A stretch of DNA of 64,000 bases, taken from IMG/VR virus record IMGVR_UViG_3300048930_001331. The stretch is one strand, 5' to 3'. Each line of letters starts with the position of its first letter. The stretch's first letter is position 1. The DNA is from an uncultured virus (IMG/VR IMGVR_UViG_3300048930_001331). Lineage: Duplodnaviria; Heunggongvirae; Uroviricota; Caudoviricetes. A program made the position numbers and the translations under genes. Positions 25,551 through 35,066 of the stretch are shown here, in pieces. The notes below the pieces were generated by a model. That model saw only the letters and a list, made by a program, of their open reading frames with translations. It did not search any database and had not been told where the DNA came from.

Positions 25551-26480
25551 TTACGCGACAGCGCGCGTGATCTTCAGGCTCGCGGTTTCAGAGGCGTCAT
25601 AGACGCCGCGGAACGGGATCGAGACGATGACATCATCATCGTTGCCGCCGATCTGACGAGAACCATCGAGCCACTGCACGCCGGGAATGAGGATCGTGTA
25701 TTTCTCGTTCGTGACCTGCCCGAGCGTCAGGGACAGGTTGGATTTGGTATGAGACAGAACCTCCTGATAGAGCGCGTTGGACTCCATGTAGGCTTCCACC
25801 GTTCCGGTGACTTCAAAGCGTCCCTCTCCGAATTCTTCCGAATACAGGCTACCCACGACCGGTCGGGCTCGCAGGTTGTTTGCGAGCTGCAGCTGGATGC
25901 GTCTGATCTTGGGCTGCGGATTCAGGGAGCCAGCGGCGATCGAACCGACGCTGGCGCCCGCGGTCATAACCGCTTTTGTATTGGCCGCCGTGTATGTCGC
26001 GCCGGAGATGATCGCCGTCGCGATGTCCTCCTTCTTCGACATGATATCGAATGAGCCGGTGATGATCTGGCCGGCCTGGATATCGAGGCTCATGCCGCTG
26101 ATCATGGACATCGGGAAGCGCGAGAATGAATCCGTAGCCCCGAGTTCGATGGTCTCCTCGAAGGTGAAGAACTTGCGCGCCACGCCGTTCTTCAAGACGT
26201 TGGTTGCCCACGTCCCGAACATCACGCCTTCAAGCCAGTCATCGAATGATCCGTAACTCAGCTCGAACGGGTAAGAGCCGCCCGCGCCAACACCGAGCAT
26301 CATCTCATCGCGCACGTTGCGATCAGCCTGGAGTTCGTTCGATACGCCAGTCTGCTTGTTGTTGCGCAGCCCCCCGCCGGTCACGCGGGCGACCTTGAAG
26401 GTCGGGGTTGAAGGGGTCGTGCCGGGTGTAACCTCGGCGATGTAAGCGACGCGCGAGCCCGCGCCCGATCCGAAAGCCAT
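25551..26480 (-). CDS. Major tail tube protein
   Basis: RVAYIAEVTPGTTP; position after the terminator protein. Confidence 0.88.
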   Translation of the reverse strand: MAFGSGAGSRVAYIAEVTPGTTPSTPTFKVARVTGGGLRNNKQTGVSNELQADRNVRDEMMLGVGAGGSYPFELSYGSFDDWLEGVMFGTWATNVLKNGVARKFFTFEETIELGATDSFSRFPMSMISGMSLDIQAGQIITGSFDIMSKKEDIATAIISGATYTAANTKAVMTAGASVGSIAAGSLNPQPKIRRIQLQLANNLRARPVVGSLYSEEFGEGRFEVTGTVEAYMESNALYQEVLSHTKSNLSLTLGQVTNEKYTILIPGVQWLDGSRQIGGNDDDVIVSIPFRGVYDASETASLKITRAVA

Positions 26481-26495
26481 GTTCTTCTCCTTTAT

Positions 26496-26942
26496 TTACG
26501 CCGGATTAGGCGCGTCGACACGGTATGGAATACTGACGGCCAGCCGAGACCAGCCCGGCTCCTCCAGATCGGGGCCGAGCGATGGAGGGGTATCGATGAT
26601 GATTTCGATGCCCTCTCTCGTGATGACGGTGCCGCGCTTGAAATGCCGCGCGATCGCGCCCGCAGTCTCGTTCGGCGTGATTGGCGGCCTCGTGCCTTCT
26701 GCGTAGAAGACATCGACCTGATAGATGCCGGAGTAGCGATTGATGCCGTCCAGCCCGAGGGAGGCGTGCTCTGTCCGGGCAGGCAGGAGCGTCGGACGGA
26801 GAAACCTTGGCTTGCCGGCCGAGTTGAACGGCAACTTCGGCCACGAGACTTCAGTCTGGGTGTTGAGCGCCGGACTCAAGGTCAGGGAAGCCAGTCTGGA
26901 GTTCAGCCCTTCGAGAATTTTGGTCTCGATCTCGATTGCCAT
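26496..26942 (-). CDS. Tail terminator protein
   Basis: GIYQVDVF..G; IARHFKRGT; VSIPY. Confidence 0.8.
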   Translation of the reverse strand: MAIEIETKILEGLNSRLASLTLSPALNTQTEVSWPKLPFNSAGKPRFLRPTLLPARTEHASLGLDGINRYSGIYQVDVFYAEGTRPPITPNETAGAIARHFKRGTVITREGIEIIIDTPPSLGPDLEEPGWSRLAVSIPYRVDAPNPA

Positions 26943-27352
26943 CAGGCGCGCTCCCGTTTGGCTTCAGCCGCGGCCTTGTTCACGATGGCGCGAAATTCCC
27001 TGACGGTGATGCGCACCATTCCGGCTGGCGCCTGTTTGGACCATCCGTATTCGAGCGGGATCGCGTAAGGCAGGTTGTTGACGATCCAGATATCGCGACC
27101 CGCAATAGCGCCCTGTAGGATAGCGTGCCCCTTCGCGATCGTACCTGCGCCATTCTTGTCGTCGGCCTTCACGGTGCCGCGGAGCGGAGTGTCGAACGAC
27201 ACCTGCCAGTTGGCCCGAAAGCGCCCTTTGTCGACCGGCGACCGCAGGACGACGCGGGTCAACACATCCATGCCGATCTTGCGAGTAACGAGGTCCTGAC
27301 GATCCTTGGTCTTCTCGACCCAATTGCGGATCGACAGGCTGAAGGATGCCAT
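26942..27352 (-). CDS. HK97 gp10-like neck protein
   Basis: SPVDKGRFRANW; NNLPYAIPLEYGWSKQAPAGMV. Confidence 0.88.
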   Translation of the reverse strand: MASFSLSIRNWVEKTKDRQDLVTRKIGMDVLTRVVLRSPVDKGRFRANWQVSFDTPLRGTVKADDKNGAGTIAKGHAILQGAIAGRDIWIVNNLPYAIPLEYGWSKQAPAGMVRITVREFRAIVNKAAAEAKRERA

Positions 27353-27720
27353 CAGCGTATCTGGATTTCGTACAAGACGACCGTGCCGGCCGGGGCGATC
27401 CGGTCGATGTTGACGATCTGGTACGGCACGCCGTCCACCACAAGCTGATCGCCGTTCTCGGGCACGACGGAGAGAAGCGCGCCGTTGTGCTTCGGCGCAA
27501 CGATGGCCTTTCGGTCGCCCTGCTGGATCAGCGTTCCATCACGGTCGCGCTCGCTGTAGTTCGTGATAGCGAGCGTGCACGGAGTATCCGCTGCTGTGCC
27601 GGCTCCGGGGTTCCAGGGATCACCCGACCCCGCTGTGGTCTTGCGGATCGCTCCGGTCTGACCGAAGCGCTTGATCAGCCTCTCGGCCGTCTGCTGCGAG
27701 CGCGCATAGTTGAAGCTCAT
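27352..27720 (-). CDS. Head-closure/neck protein
   Basis: AERLIKRFG..DGTLIQQGD..VLYEIQIR. Confidence 0.8.
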   Translation of the reverse strand: MSFNYARSQQTAERLIKRFGQTGAIRKTTAGSGDPWNPGAGTAADTPCTLAITNYSERDRDGTLIQQGDRKAIVAPKHNGALLSVVPENGDQLVVDGVPYQIVNIDRIAPAGTVVLYEIQIR

Positions 27721-28247
27721 CAGGCCCTCTGGAGGAATCCGTAGCTTCCGGTTTGCGGTCTCGTGAGGATGGGTGCGAGGATCTCATCGATCTCGGTGAT
27801 GACCGGGCGGGCATCAGAAGCGCCCGTCGAGTTCTGGTATGTGACGCTGAGAGGCCCGACCGTTTCACTCACAACCCGATCTGTTTCGACATAATCCGGC
27901 GTGAGTGATCCAGGGCTGGTCAGCTCGCGCCGCGATGCCTCGATGGTCGCCTTGATCAGCTCACGCGGCATTTCATCATCGTCGATCTCGACCGAAATCG
28001 CCGTGTAGACATCCTCGCGCGGCCATTCGAGCGCCTGTTCGCGCCCGAGCGTTGGCGTGCCGGGAAATGCGCTGCGGTACTTGGCGTCGATGTAGGCGGT
28101 GCCGCGACGCAGCGCCGACTCAATTTCCGCGTCGGAAAAATCCGCATAGGAGTGACCGAGCTTGTCCAGCCGGGCCTTGAAGTCAGCGACTGAGACGTAA
28201 CTTTCGGCATCCTCCATGCCGCTACCATCCTCGACGATAAGGCTCAT
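27720..28247 (-). CDS. Head-tail connector (DnaT-like annotated family)
   Basis: LIVEDGSG..AESYVSVAD; QALEWPR; ETVGPLSVTY. Confidence 0.82.
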   Translation of the reverse strand: MSLIVEDGSGMEDAESYVSVADFKARLDKLGHSYADFSDAEIESALRRGTAYIDAKYRSAFPGTPTLGREQALEWPREDVYTAISVEIDDDEMPRELIKATIEASRRELTSPGSLTPDYVETDRVVSETVGPLSVTYQNSTGASDARPVITEIDEILAPILTRPQTGSYGFLQRA

Positions 28248-28594
28248 CAGCGGATCGCAACGATGTTGGTCGCGGTCGTGCCAGTGGACAGCACGCGCCG
28301 AACACGGATGTTGATGACTGAACCGGCCGCGGCGCTGTTGAGCGTCACGGATGTCGTGTCGCCGCCAGCGCCGATGACCGCGACGTTCCCGGCTCCTCCT
28401 ACCCACAGCGCAACGGCGGGGCCGCCCGGCAGGTCAGTGGAATCATTCGGCGTCACCGAAGCGAGGCGGCTACCGAGAGAGCCAGTGACCGGCGGGCGGT
28501 TCTGGCTCTGGGCGAATGCCGCCGAGAAAATGAAGGGGCTGGCAATCGCCAGCCCGATCATCACCGCAGTGATGCGGTCGATAAGCCACTTCAC
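28247..28594 (-). CDS. Head spike base protein, Rcc01079-like
   Basis: VTPNDSTDL..ALWVGGAGNVAV..RVLSTGTTATNIVA. Confidence 0.75.
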   Translation of the reverse strand: MKWLIDRITAVMIGLAIASPFIFSAAFAQSQNRPPVTGSLGSRLASVTPNDSTDLPGGPAVALWVGGAGNVAVIGAGGDTTSVTLNSAAAGSVINIRVRRVLSTGTTATNIVAIR

Positions 28595-29214
28595 TGAGAA
28601 GCCGCCTTCTTCTTCGCCGACTTGCGAGCCGCCCGTTTGCGTGCGGCCTTCTTGACCGGTGCTCCGGACTGCAGCGCCCCAAGCTCACCCGAAGGGTCGG
28701 CCGCGGGGACGCTCTCAGCGGCCTCCTCACCCTCCTGCGGATTCTCGTGGGGCGCGATCTCACGATCGGGCTGGCCCTCGATGCCGGCCTCTTCGCGCGC
28801 AGCTTTCAGCAAAGCCTTGCTCGGCCCCTTGCCGTCAGCCTTGAGGGTGCCGACCAGACGCTCGTTGGCAGTCTCATGCTGCGGGATTCGCTCGTCGATG
28901 CGCTCCACCGGGTCCTTGGGTGTCTGCACACCTTCCAGATTCCGGCCAACGATCTCAGCGGCGTGATCACGCTGCAAGGGGTCGTTCTTGCCGCCGGACT
29001 CGACAGCGATGACGACCTTCGCACCGATGCGCTCGGCTGCCGCCGCCTCTTCGTTGCGGATGGCATCGACGTCCTTCTCGTTGCGCTCGCGAACCTTGTC
29101 CTGGGCGTCGCGGCTCTTGTGGCGGGATTCATTCCACCGCTTGAAACGCTCGGCTTCCAGTTTCTCCACCGCAGCGCGTTCGCGACGCATACGGTTGAAC
29201 GATGCGAGACCCAT
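28591..29214 (-). CDS. Charged hypothetical protein with Lys/Ala-rich tail
   Basis: MGLASFNRMRR start; ends KKAARKRAARKSAKKKAASQ. Confidence 0.65.
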   Translation of the reverse strand: MGLASFNRMRRERAAVEKLEAERFKRWNESRHKSRDAQDKVRERNEKDVDAIRNEEAAAAERIGAKVVIAVESGGKNDPLQRDHAAEIVGRNLEGVQTPKDPVERIDERIPQHETANERLVGTLKADGKGPSKALLKAAREEAGIEGQPDREIAPHENPQEGEEAAESVPAADPSGELGALQSGAPVKKAARKRAARKSAKKKAASQ

Positions 29215-29237
29215 GGCGGGCTCCTTATGTTGGGCGA

Positions 29238-29852
29238 TTAGCCGTGGTCGCCGAGGTTCATCCAGGTGACGGTCAGCGTACCGTTCACGATGAGGTTGCA
29301 CGGCGTCGTCGTGACATCGTGGTCCGCATCATCGACCAGGAAGTTGAGATACAGGTCAATGGCTGTGCCGGTGCCGTCGAGCGGCGCGATATCGGCGGCA
29401 TTCTTTCCGCGCGCGGTCGTGGCGCCCGCCGTAGCCTGCGGGGTTGCCGTGGTCGGGATGATGTTCTGCTCGGTCGACGCCAGCGTGCCGTCGTTCGACG
29501 CCGTCACGGTGCCGACGCCGAAGTCGCCATCCCAATTGGTGTTGACGCCGGCCGAGGACTTGGTCAGCGCAAGATTTGCCACCGCGCCCAGGACTTTGAT
29601 CAGGCCTTCCGGGAAGTCGTAGATCTTCTTGCCCGAGTAGGCGACGACGCCAGCATTGTCCGCGAGTGCGAAGGCCACGTTGGAGAAGTTGAAGACCGTC
29701 TGCTTGATCGGGCCGACACCATTCTCGGTGATCGTGAGGCCGGTGACGGCCGGGACTGCACCGTTCGACTTGGTGCCGGACAGGAAGTCGTAGAGGCCCT
29801 TGAGGGCGCGCGGGAAGCCCTTGCGGGAAACCCCATAGTTGGTCGTAGGCAT
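29238..29852 (-). CDS. Probable capsid decoration protein
   Basis: Beta-rich protein immediately after the major capsid gene. Confidence 0.6.
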   Translation of the reverse strand: MPTTNYGVSRKGFPRALKGLYDFLSGTKSNGAVPAVTGLTITENGVGPIKQTVFNFSNVAFALADNAGVVAYSGKKIYDFPEGLIKVLGAVANLALTKSSAGVNTNWDGDFGVGTVTASNDGTLASTEQNIIPTTATPQATAGATTARGKNAADIAPLDGTGTAIDLYLNFLVDDADHDVTTTPCNLIVNGTLTVTWMNLGDHG

Positions 29853-29892
29853 GTGAGATCCTTTTCTCGGTTCGTCCTACTGTGGGCTGAAA

Positions 29893-29925
29893 CGACGAAG
29901 GCCGCCCGAAGGCGGCCTTTCGTCG
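29893..29925 (-). terminator. Hairpin/terminator after the major capsid gene
   Basis: AAGGCCGCC-TTCG-GGCGGCCTT with outer CGACGA/TCGTCG pairing. Confidence 0.7.
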
Positions 29926-29947
29926 AACTCTCAGATCGTGCCGGCTG

Positions 29948-30907
29948 TTAGGCCGCCGCGATGCGGTGCTTGAACTGCACGATGCGGATGTTCTTGTTCT
30001 CGTAGACGCGGGTCCAGTTGGAGCCGTTCTCGAACTCGGTGTTGGTCGGCGACACACCAGCCGGTGTGCCCACCCACTTCACACCCCGCGGATGCAGGAC
30101 GTAGTGCCGGCGATTGATCAGGATGTCCTCGCCAGCGAGCGAGTCACGATCCGTCTCGGTCGGCACCGGTGCGTTGCCCTCGCCGAACCCGATAGCGCCG
30201 GGACCGAAAAGGTACGAGGTGTAGACACCGCCCGACACCGGCATGCCGTCATCGACGATCAGGGCCTTGCCCTGATAGCGCTGCATGATCGTGCGGCCCT
30301 CGGAGTCACGCTCCACGTCGATGAGGTCGTCCTTGAGCAGCTTGGCGGCGACGGCCGAGTGAACGGCCATTGCGGTAAGCTGCCCGGCCGCGTCACCGAG
30401 CTTGTAGATCGCGTCGATGGCGGTGTCGCCGCCGATCACCGCTGCATCACCGGATGCTGCGGAGATGTCCGAGATGTTGCCGGACATGGACGCCGCGGCG
30501 AACACGCCCTTCAGCATGGAGATGATCTGGGCCTGCCATCGGCGGTTCCAGAACGCGACCACGAGGCCCGCGATTGCATCCATCGGGTCATCGCCCGACA
30601 GCGCTTCCGAGAGGTCGTTGACGCCCCACGCCTTACCGCGTGCGTTCAGGACTGCGACGTCCTGGCCAGCGGTGATCTTGTCGACGCCGAGCGGGGTCGA
30701 GTCAGAGAGAATCTCTTCCTCGCCGGTCAGGTCGTGCCAGAACGGCATTGCGATCGTGGTGCCGCCACGGGAGCCGAGGATGTTGAGGTTCGGCACCGTT
30801 GCGACGATACCCGACTGCCACAGGTTCGACCGCTCAGCGGTGATCTCCTGCACATACGGGTTGAAGACCTCGGGGACGATGACGTCCGCGATTTTGGTAG
30901 CAGCCAT
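29948..30907 (-). CDS. Major capsid protein
   Basis: TKIADVIVPEVF..MPFWHDL..LHPRGVKW..NWTRVY. Confidence 0.92.
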   Translation of the reverse strand: MAATKIADVIVPEVFNPYVQEITAERSNLWQSGIVATVPNLNILGSRGGTTIAMPFWHDLTGEEEILSDSTPLGVDKITAGQDVAVLNARGKAWGVNDLSEALSGDDPMDAIAGLVVAFWNRRWQAQIISMLKGVFAAASMSGNISDISAASGDAAVIGGDTAIDAIYKLGDAAGQLTAMAVHSAVAAKLLKDDLIDVERDSEGRTIMQRYQGKALIVDDGMPVSGGVYTSYLFGPGAIGFGEGNAPVPTETDRDSLAGEDILINRRHYVLHPRGVKWVGTPAGVSPTNTEFENGSNWTRVYENKNIRIVQFKHRIAAA

Positions 30908-31005
30908 GCGATTTTTCTCCTGTTGCAGGCTTGTCGGTTTTTGTGACTAAGCCGGCCATCGGCACGGCTGTTACGAATGCGGAAGGCGTCGCCCTCCGCG
31001 AGGAA

Positions 31006-31878
31006 TCAAGCGGCAGGTTTCAGCCGCTTGGCGATCCGCTCGGCCGTCCAGCCAGCGGCCTTCATCAGCCGCTCGGCCTGAGCCGGGTCGGCTTTGACGA
31101 TCTCACCCTGCTTGGTGAGGTTGGGCTTGATGCCCTTGGAGGCATCTTCCAGGAACGGATTGACATCGAGCTTGCGGTCATCGCCGCCGCCGCCAGCACC
31201 AGAGCCGGATGCCTTCTTGACGAATTCCTTGCCTTCGTCGGAAGCGGCCCAATCCTTGACGAACTTTTCGACCGGCACGTCGCCGAGGTTGGTGGTGACG
31301 AAAGCCTTGCGCTTGCCGTCCTCGCCCTTCTCGACTTTGACCTGGCCGGCCAGCATGGCGGTGACGGCCTTCATGAATTTCGGCTCGACACCGACCTCCA
31401 CGAGAGCCTTGGTCAGGCCATCGCCCTTCAGGACATCGCCAAGCTCGTTCTCGACTGCCGCCACAGCGTCGTCGCGCTCCTTCTTCAGGTCGGCGACCTG
31501 CTTCTGAAGGTTGGCGATCTGCTGCTCGAGCTGCTTGCGCGCATCCGCGGCAGCCTTCGGGTCCTTCTCGCCCTTCTCCTGCAACTCGATGATCTGATCC
31601 TTGAGCTGCTGGACAATGGCGGGATCGAAGTCATCACCGAGCGCCTCGACCTTGGTCTTGAGCGCCTTCAGTTCTTCCTTCGCAGTGGTGAGATCCTGCT
31701 TCACGCGCTGATGAGCATTGCGCAGATTGGCAACATCCGGGTGCTCGTCGGTGCCGGTGATGTCGAGCGCAAAGACCTCAACCTCTTCGTTACCGCGCTT
31801 CACCTTCGTCTTCTTGTATTCGGAACGCAGACCCTCTGCGACATCGTCGAGAGAATCAATCAAGGCACGCAAAGCCAT
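31006..31878 (-). CDS. Capsid scaffolding protein
   Basis: DSLDDVAEGLRSEY; coiled coil; SGSGAGGG..NPF..NLTKQG. Confidence 0.85.
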   Translation of the reverse strand: MALRALIDSLDDVAEGLRSEYKKTKVKRGNEEVEVFALDITGTDEHPDVANLRNAHQRVKQDLTTAKEELKALKTKVEALGDDFDPAIVQQLKDQIIELQEKGEKDPKAAADARKQLEQQIANLQKQVADLKKERDDAVAAVENELGDVLKGDGLTKALVEVGVEPKFMKAVTAMLAGQVKVEKGEDGKRKAFVTTNLGDVPVEKFVKDWAASDEGKEFVKKASGSGAGGGGDDRKLDVNPFLEDASKGIKPNLTKQGEIVKADPAQAERLMKAAGWTAERIAKRLKPAA

Positions 31879-31912
31879 CGGCTTTTCTCCAGTTGGCGCC
31901 CGCGTCGCGGGC

Positions 31913-31937
31913 AAAAAAAACCCGCCATCGGCGGGTC
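31913..31937 (-). terminator. Rho-independent terminator
   Basis: ACCCGCC-GAT-GGCGGGT followed by a T-run. Confidence 0.8.
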
Positions 31938-31964
31938 GGTTGAAGTCGGAAATGCTGAGGTCGG

Positions 31965-32207
31965 CTAAAGGTCGATGATCGCATCACCGTGGATCAGCTC
32001 GACCACTTTGCCTCGCGAGAGGCAGTGCGCGCAGACCCACATGCGGGTGCCGCCGACGATCCGTCCGGATGGGGATCGGCGCGGAGCTGCGATGATCTGC
32101 TGGATGGCGCTCGTTTCTACACCCGTGTCGGTGAGGCAAACCGAGCACGTGATCTGCTCGCTCTCGCCCAGCGCGCGCCGTCTGCCGGCGCGAGGCTCGT
32201 CGGTCAT
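31965..32207 (-). CDS. Small zinc-ribbon protein
   Basis: CSVC ... CAHC pairs. Confidence 0.55.
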   Translation of the reverse strand: MTDEPRAGRRRALGESEQITCSVCLTDTGVETSAIQQIIAAPRRSPSGRIVGGTRMWVCAHCLSRGKVVELIHGDAIIDL

Positions 32208-32236
32208 ACGACCACCCTTTATGGGGCGAAGCTCGG

Positions 32237-32674
32237 TCATCGGCGGCGACATTGCCGCGAACGGCGAGGCTTCGCAATAGTGAAAACCCGGCAGCGCAAA
32301 GGCCGGTCCAGGAGCTGCGCGGCAAAGACCCGATGGGTTCCGTTCCAGACCATCAGGTGACGTCCGAAGCGGATCAGGATCGGCAGCCTTGCCTTCTTCC
32401 AGCGATTGAGGCCGCCGAAATGCCGGATGGCGAAGCACAGGCTCGCGTAACGAAGGCGGCTCTGGAAGCACTCGACATCGAACGGCCTGAGCGTCTCGAT
32501 AGTCTCGGTATATGCACCCTTGGGAACGATGATCCGCATAGCTCGATCGACGGCATCCGGCACTCGCCGAAAGCCCATCGCCATGTGGGTTCCCTTGTCG
32601 CTCAGTCGGTATCCACGCCCCTGATTGAACCGCGGGAAGCTGCGGATAAACCGCAGGGCCTCGGCCTTCCTCAA
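32237..32674 (-). CDS. ParB/Srx-like domain protein
   Basis: LPILIRFG..MVWNGTHRVFAA resembles the ParB N-terminal DG.HR motif. Confidence 0.5.
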   Translation of the reverse strand: MRKAEALRFIRSFPRFNQGRGYRLSDKGTHMAMGFRRVPDAVDRAMRIIVPKGAYTETIETLRPFDVECFQSRLRYASLCFAIRHFGGLNRWKKARLPILIRFGRHLMVWNGTHRVFAAQLLDRPLRCRVFTIAKPRRSRQCRRR

Positions 32675-32967
32675 TAGTACCCGCCCTTGCGCCGCGTGCG
32701 GCGAGCCAGCCGGCCGAGGAGACGATGTGCCCTCGTGATGTTCCGGACCTGCCGAGCCCTGCCACGGCGCTTCTCACGCCGAGCCAACCTGCGCAGGAGC
32801 TGCGTAGCGCGGCCGATGTGCCCTCTCTTCAGCCCGGATGCCTTACGGCGTCCAACGCCTCGTTTGCGGCCGCGCAGCGCCCTGCTGATCGCGGCCCGAT
32901 GAGAAGCGCTCAGAGGCTTGCGCGATCGGTTGACACCCTTTTTCTTCCACCTGACCCTGCGCATCAC
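32671..32967 (-). CDS. Extremely Arg-rich basic protein
   Basis: Coupled to both neighbours; PLSASHRAAISRALRG is NUMOD3-like. Confidence 0.6.
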   Translation of the reverse strand: MMRRVRWKKKGVNRSRKPLSASHRAAISRALRGRKRGVGRRKASGLKRGHIGRATQLLRRLARREKRRGRARQVRNITRAHRLLGRLARRTRRKGGYY

Positions 32968-34037
32968 GCCACCTTGGCCTTTCGGAACGCCGACGCCTCA
33001 CGTTCACGCAATTCGTCGAGGGTCAGCTGATTGCCCTTCTGATCCACGAAGCGGCTGATCTTTAGCCCACCCCTGCGAAACAGCGCTCCGCGCGTGCGGC
33101 CCAACGTCTCGTCCTGAACGGCGGCGGACTGACGCTTGAGCCAGGTCTCAAACGTCTCAGTGCCAGAGACCTGCCCGTTCATGCTCGCGCGCGCGACCGG
33201 CGGCAGTTCGTCGATATCGAATCCCATGTCTCGCCAACTACGCGTGACCGGGACGTAGCGGCAGCGGCAATTCAGATGCAGCGGATAGCGCGGTCGCTTG
33301 GGGTCGTTGATTTTGAACCTCTTGCCGTCCATCGCAGCGCATCGTGAGCAGGTCCGGGTGTCGAGCGTTGCTACCGCCTGAAGCTCCTTCACAACATCGT
33401 CGTTCTGCTCGAACGACAGTTCGGCGGCCCGGTTCGAGATGTGGTTGACCGCGGTCCGGACGATGCGTTCAGCCGACGCCCTGCTGATGGCGAGGACGCC
33501 GTCGCGGTAATTACGAGCCTTGGTTCCCCGTATCCGCTGGATGATCTGATCCGACGTTTCGCCCTGGATCATACCGAGTTGGATGGCCTGCTGGATGCGC
33601 TTGAGCTTGTTGTCGCGCATCCCCTTGACGTGATCGCGCAGCACGAAGCCGTCGAACGGCTCCGCGGTTACGATTGCGTCGAGAAGCTCTGCGGTTGGGG
33701 AAACGTAATCGACCCCGATGTCGAGCTGATCAGCGAGAAGGCGTAGCTGGTAGTCAGACTCATATCGGGCAAGCTCGCGAAGCTCGCCGCGCAGATGCTG
33801 AGAAACGAGTACGTGTGCGTCATGATTGATGTCCCGGATTGCCCTCAGGAGGTTCTTCAGCCGCTCGGATGTGAACGAGCCTTCAAGCGTTGCCGTGCGA
33901 GCCTTGAGCTTCTCGACCACTTCGATGTCGGATCGGTCCAGCAACTCGATGATCGCCTTGACCACGCCGGTCGACAGCCTCTGGATGCCGACGTGATGCC
34001 GCAGCTCCAGGTCTCTCAGCTCGTCGTTCAAGCTCAT
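32964..34037 (-). CDS. Minor head protein (SPP1 gp7 / Mu gpF family)
   Basis: IVRTAVNH; ATLDTRTCSRCAAMDG; PLHLNCRC. Confidence 0.92.
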   Translation of the reverse strand: MSLNDELRDLELRHHVGIQRLSTGVVKAIIELLDRSDIEVVEKLKARTATLEGSFTSERLKNLLRAIRDINHDAHVLVSQHLRGELRELARYESDYQLRLLADQLDIGVDYVSPTAELLDAIVTAEPFDGFVLRDHVKGMRDNKLKRIQQAIQLGMIQGETSDQIIQRIRGTKARNYRDGVLAISRASAERIVRTAVNHISNRAAELSFEQNDDVVKELQAVATLDTRTCSRCAAMDGKRFKINDPKRPRYPLHLNCRCRYVPVTRSWRDMGFDIDELPPVARASMNGQVSGTETFETWLKRQSAAVQDETLGRTRGALFRRGGLKISRFVDQKGNQLTLDELREREASAFRKAKVA

Positions 34038-34261
34038 GGGGCAACTGGACCTTGATCTTCACATCGCCAACGATCCGGCGCTCGCTGCAACGATCCCGCA
34101 TACTGTCGATGATGAAACGGCCGTCCGGTTCACGCTGGTATTGCAGGACGAAGCCCTCGTCCTCGTCGACCGTGATGACGTCGTTCACCTCAACGCCATC
34201 CACCGTCACGGTGACGATCGCGCGCTCCTTGGCGAGTTTAGAGTAGGGAGCGAAACCCGGA

Positions 34262-35066
34262 TCACTGGTATGGGCTGACAACCGCACACTCACCTCCAAC
34301 TTCGACCCGATGATTGAGGCGGTCGAGTTCCAGGAAGCTGTCGGCGATCATCTGGTTGACGCCACCGACATGATGCCGATCCGTCTTGAACACGGAGCCC
34401 GTGTGCTCACCGGCCCGACGCCGATCGCGCAGAAGCAGCAATCCGCCAATCACAAGCAGGATCGCGCCCAACACCAACAACCTGTATCTCATCAGAAATC
34501 CGTTGCGCTCTGGCGCACGCGCCTCTCGCAGACGAAGCGCATCTCGTTGTGTTCTTTGCGATCCTCGCGCTCGCCGACGAAGCATTGATCGCAAGACTCA
34601 ATCGGCTCGGTTCCCATGATGGGGTTGCGCGTGATCTTGTGCCCCTTCGGGCACTCGAACACGTTGACGGTGACGTAGGGCATCAGTGAGCGGTCGAATA
34701 GCCGTTGAGCTTGGTGTCGTAGACCTTCGCCGCGAGATTGTTCTGGTTCTTGCCCCGCAGGTCGAGCCACAGCCCGTTGTGCTTCATCACAATGTTGCGG
34801 ATGTCCCGGCCCATGCGGGGACCGATCGCCTGCAAGTCGACGCAGGACCAGTCATTCCGCATGCGCTGGATTTCGTCCATGACGCGCTCGGCCTGCTGGT
34901 GATTGTCGAAGCGCGCCGGAATGCCGAAGCCTGAGGGGATGTGGATGATCTCGCAGCCGGGCTCGAACAGGAAGTCCCGGATGGCGAAGTCCTGCCCGCG
35001 CCACACCGGATGCTCCTCGACACCCTTCCAGGTGCGGATCTTGATGGTGTCGTAGCGCAGCGTCAT
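34262..35066 (-). other. Three small hypothetical ORFs between portal and minor head genes
   Basis: Coupled ORFs: 34683..35066, a Cys-containing ORF ending at 34492 and a TM ORF ending at 34262. Confidence 0.5.
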
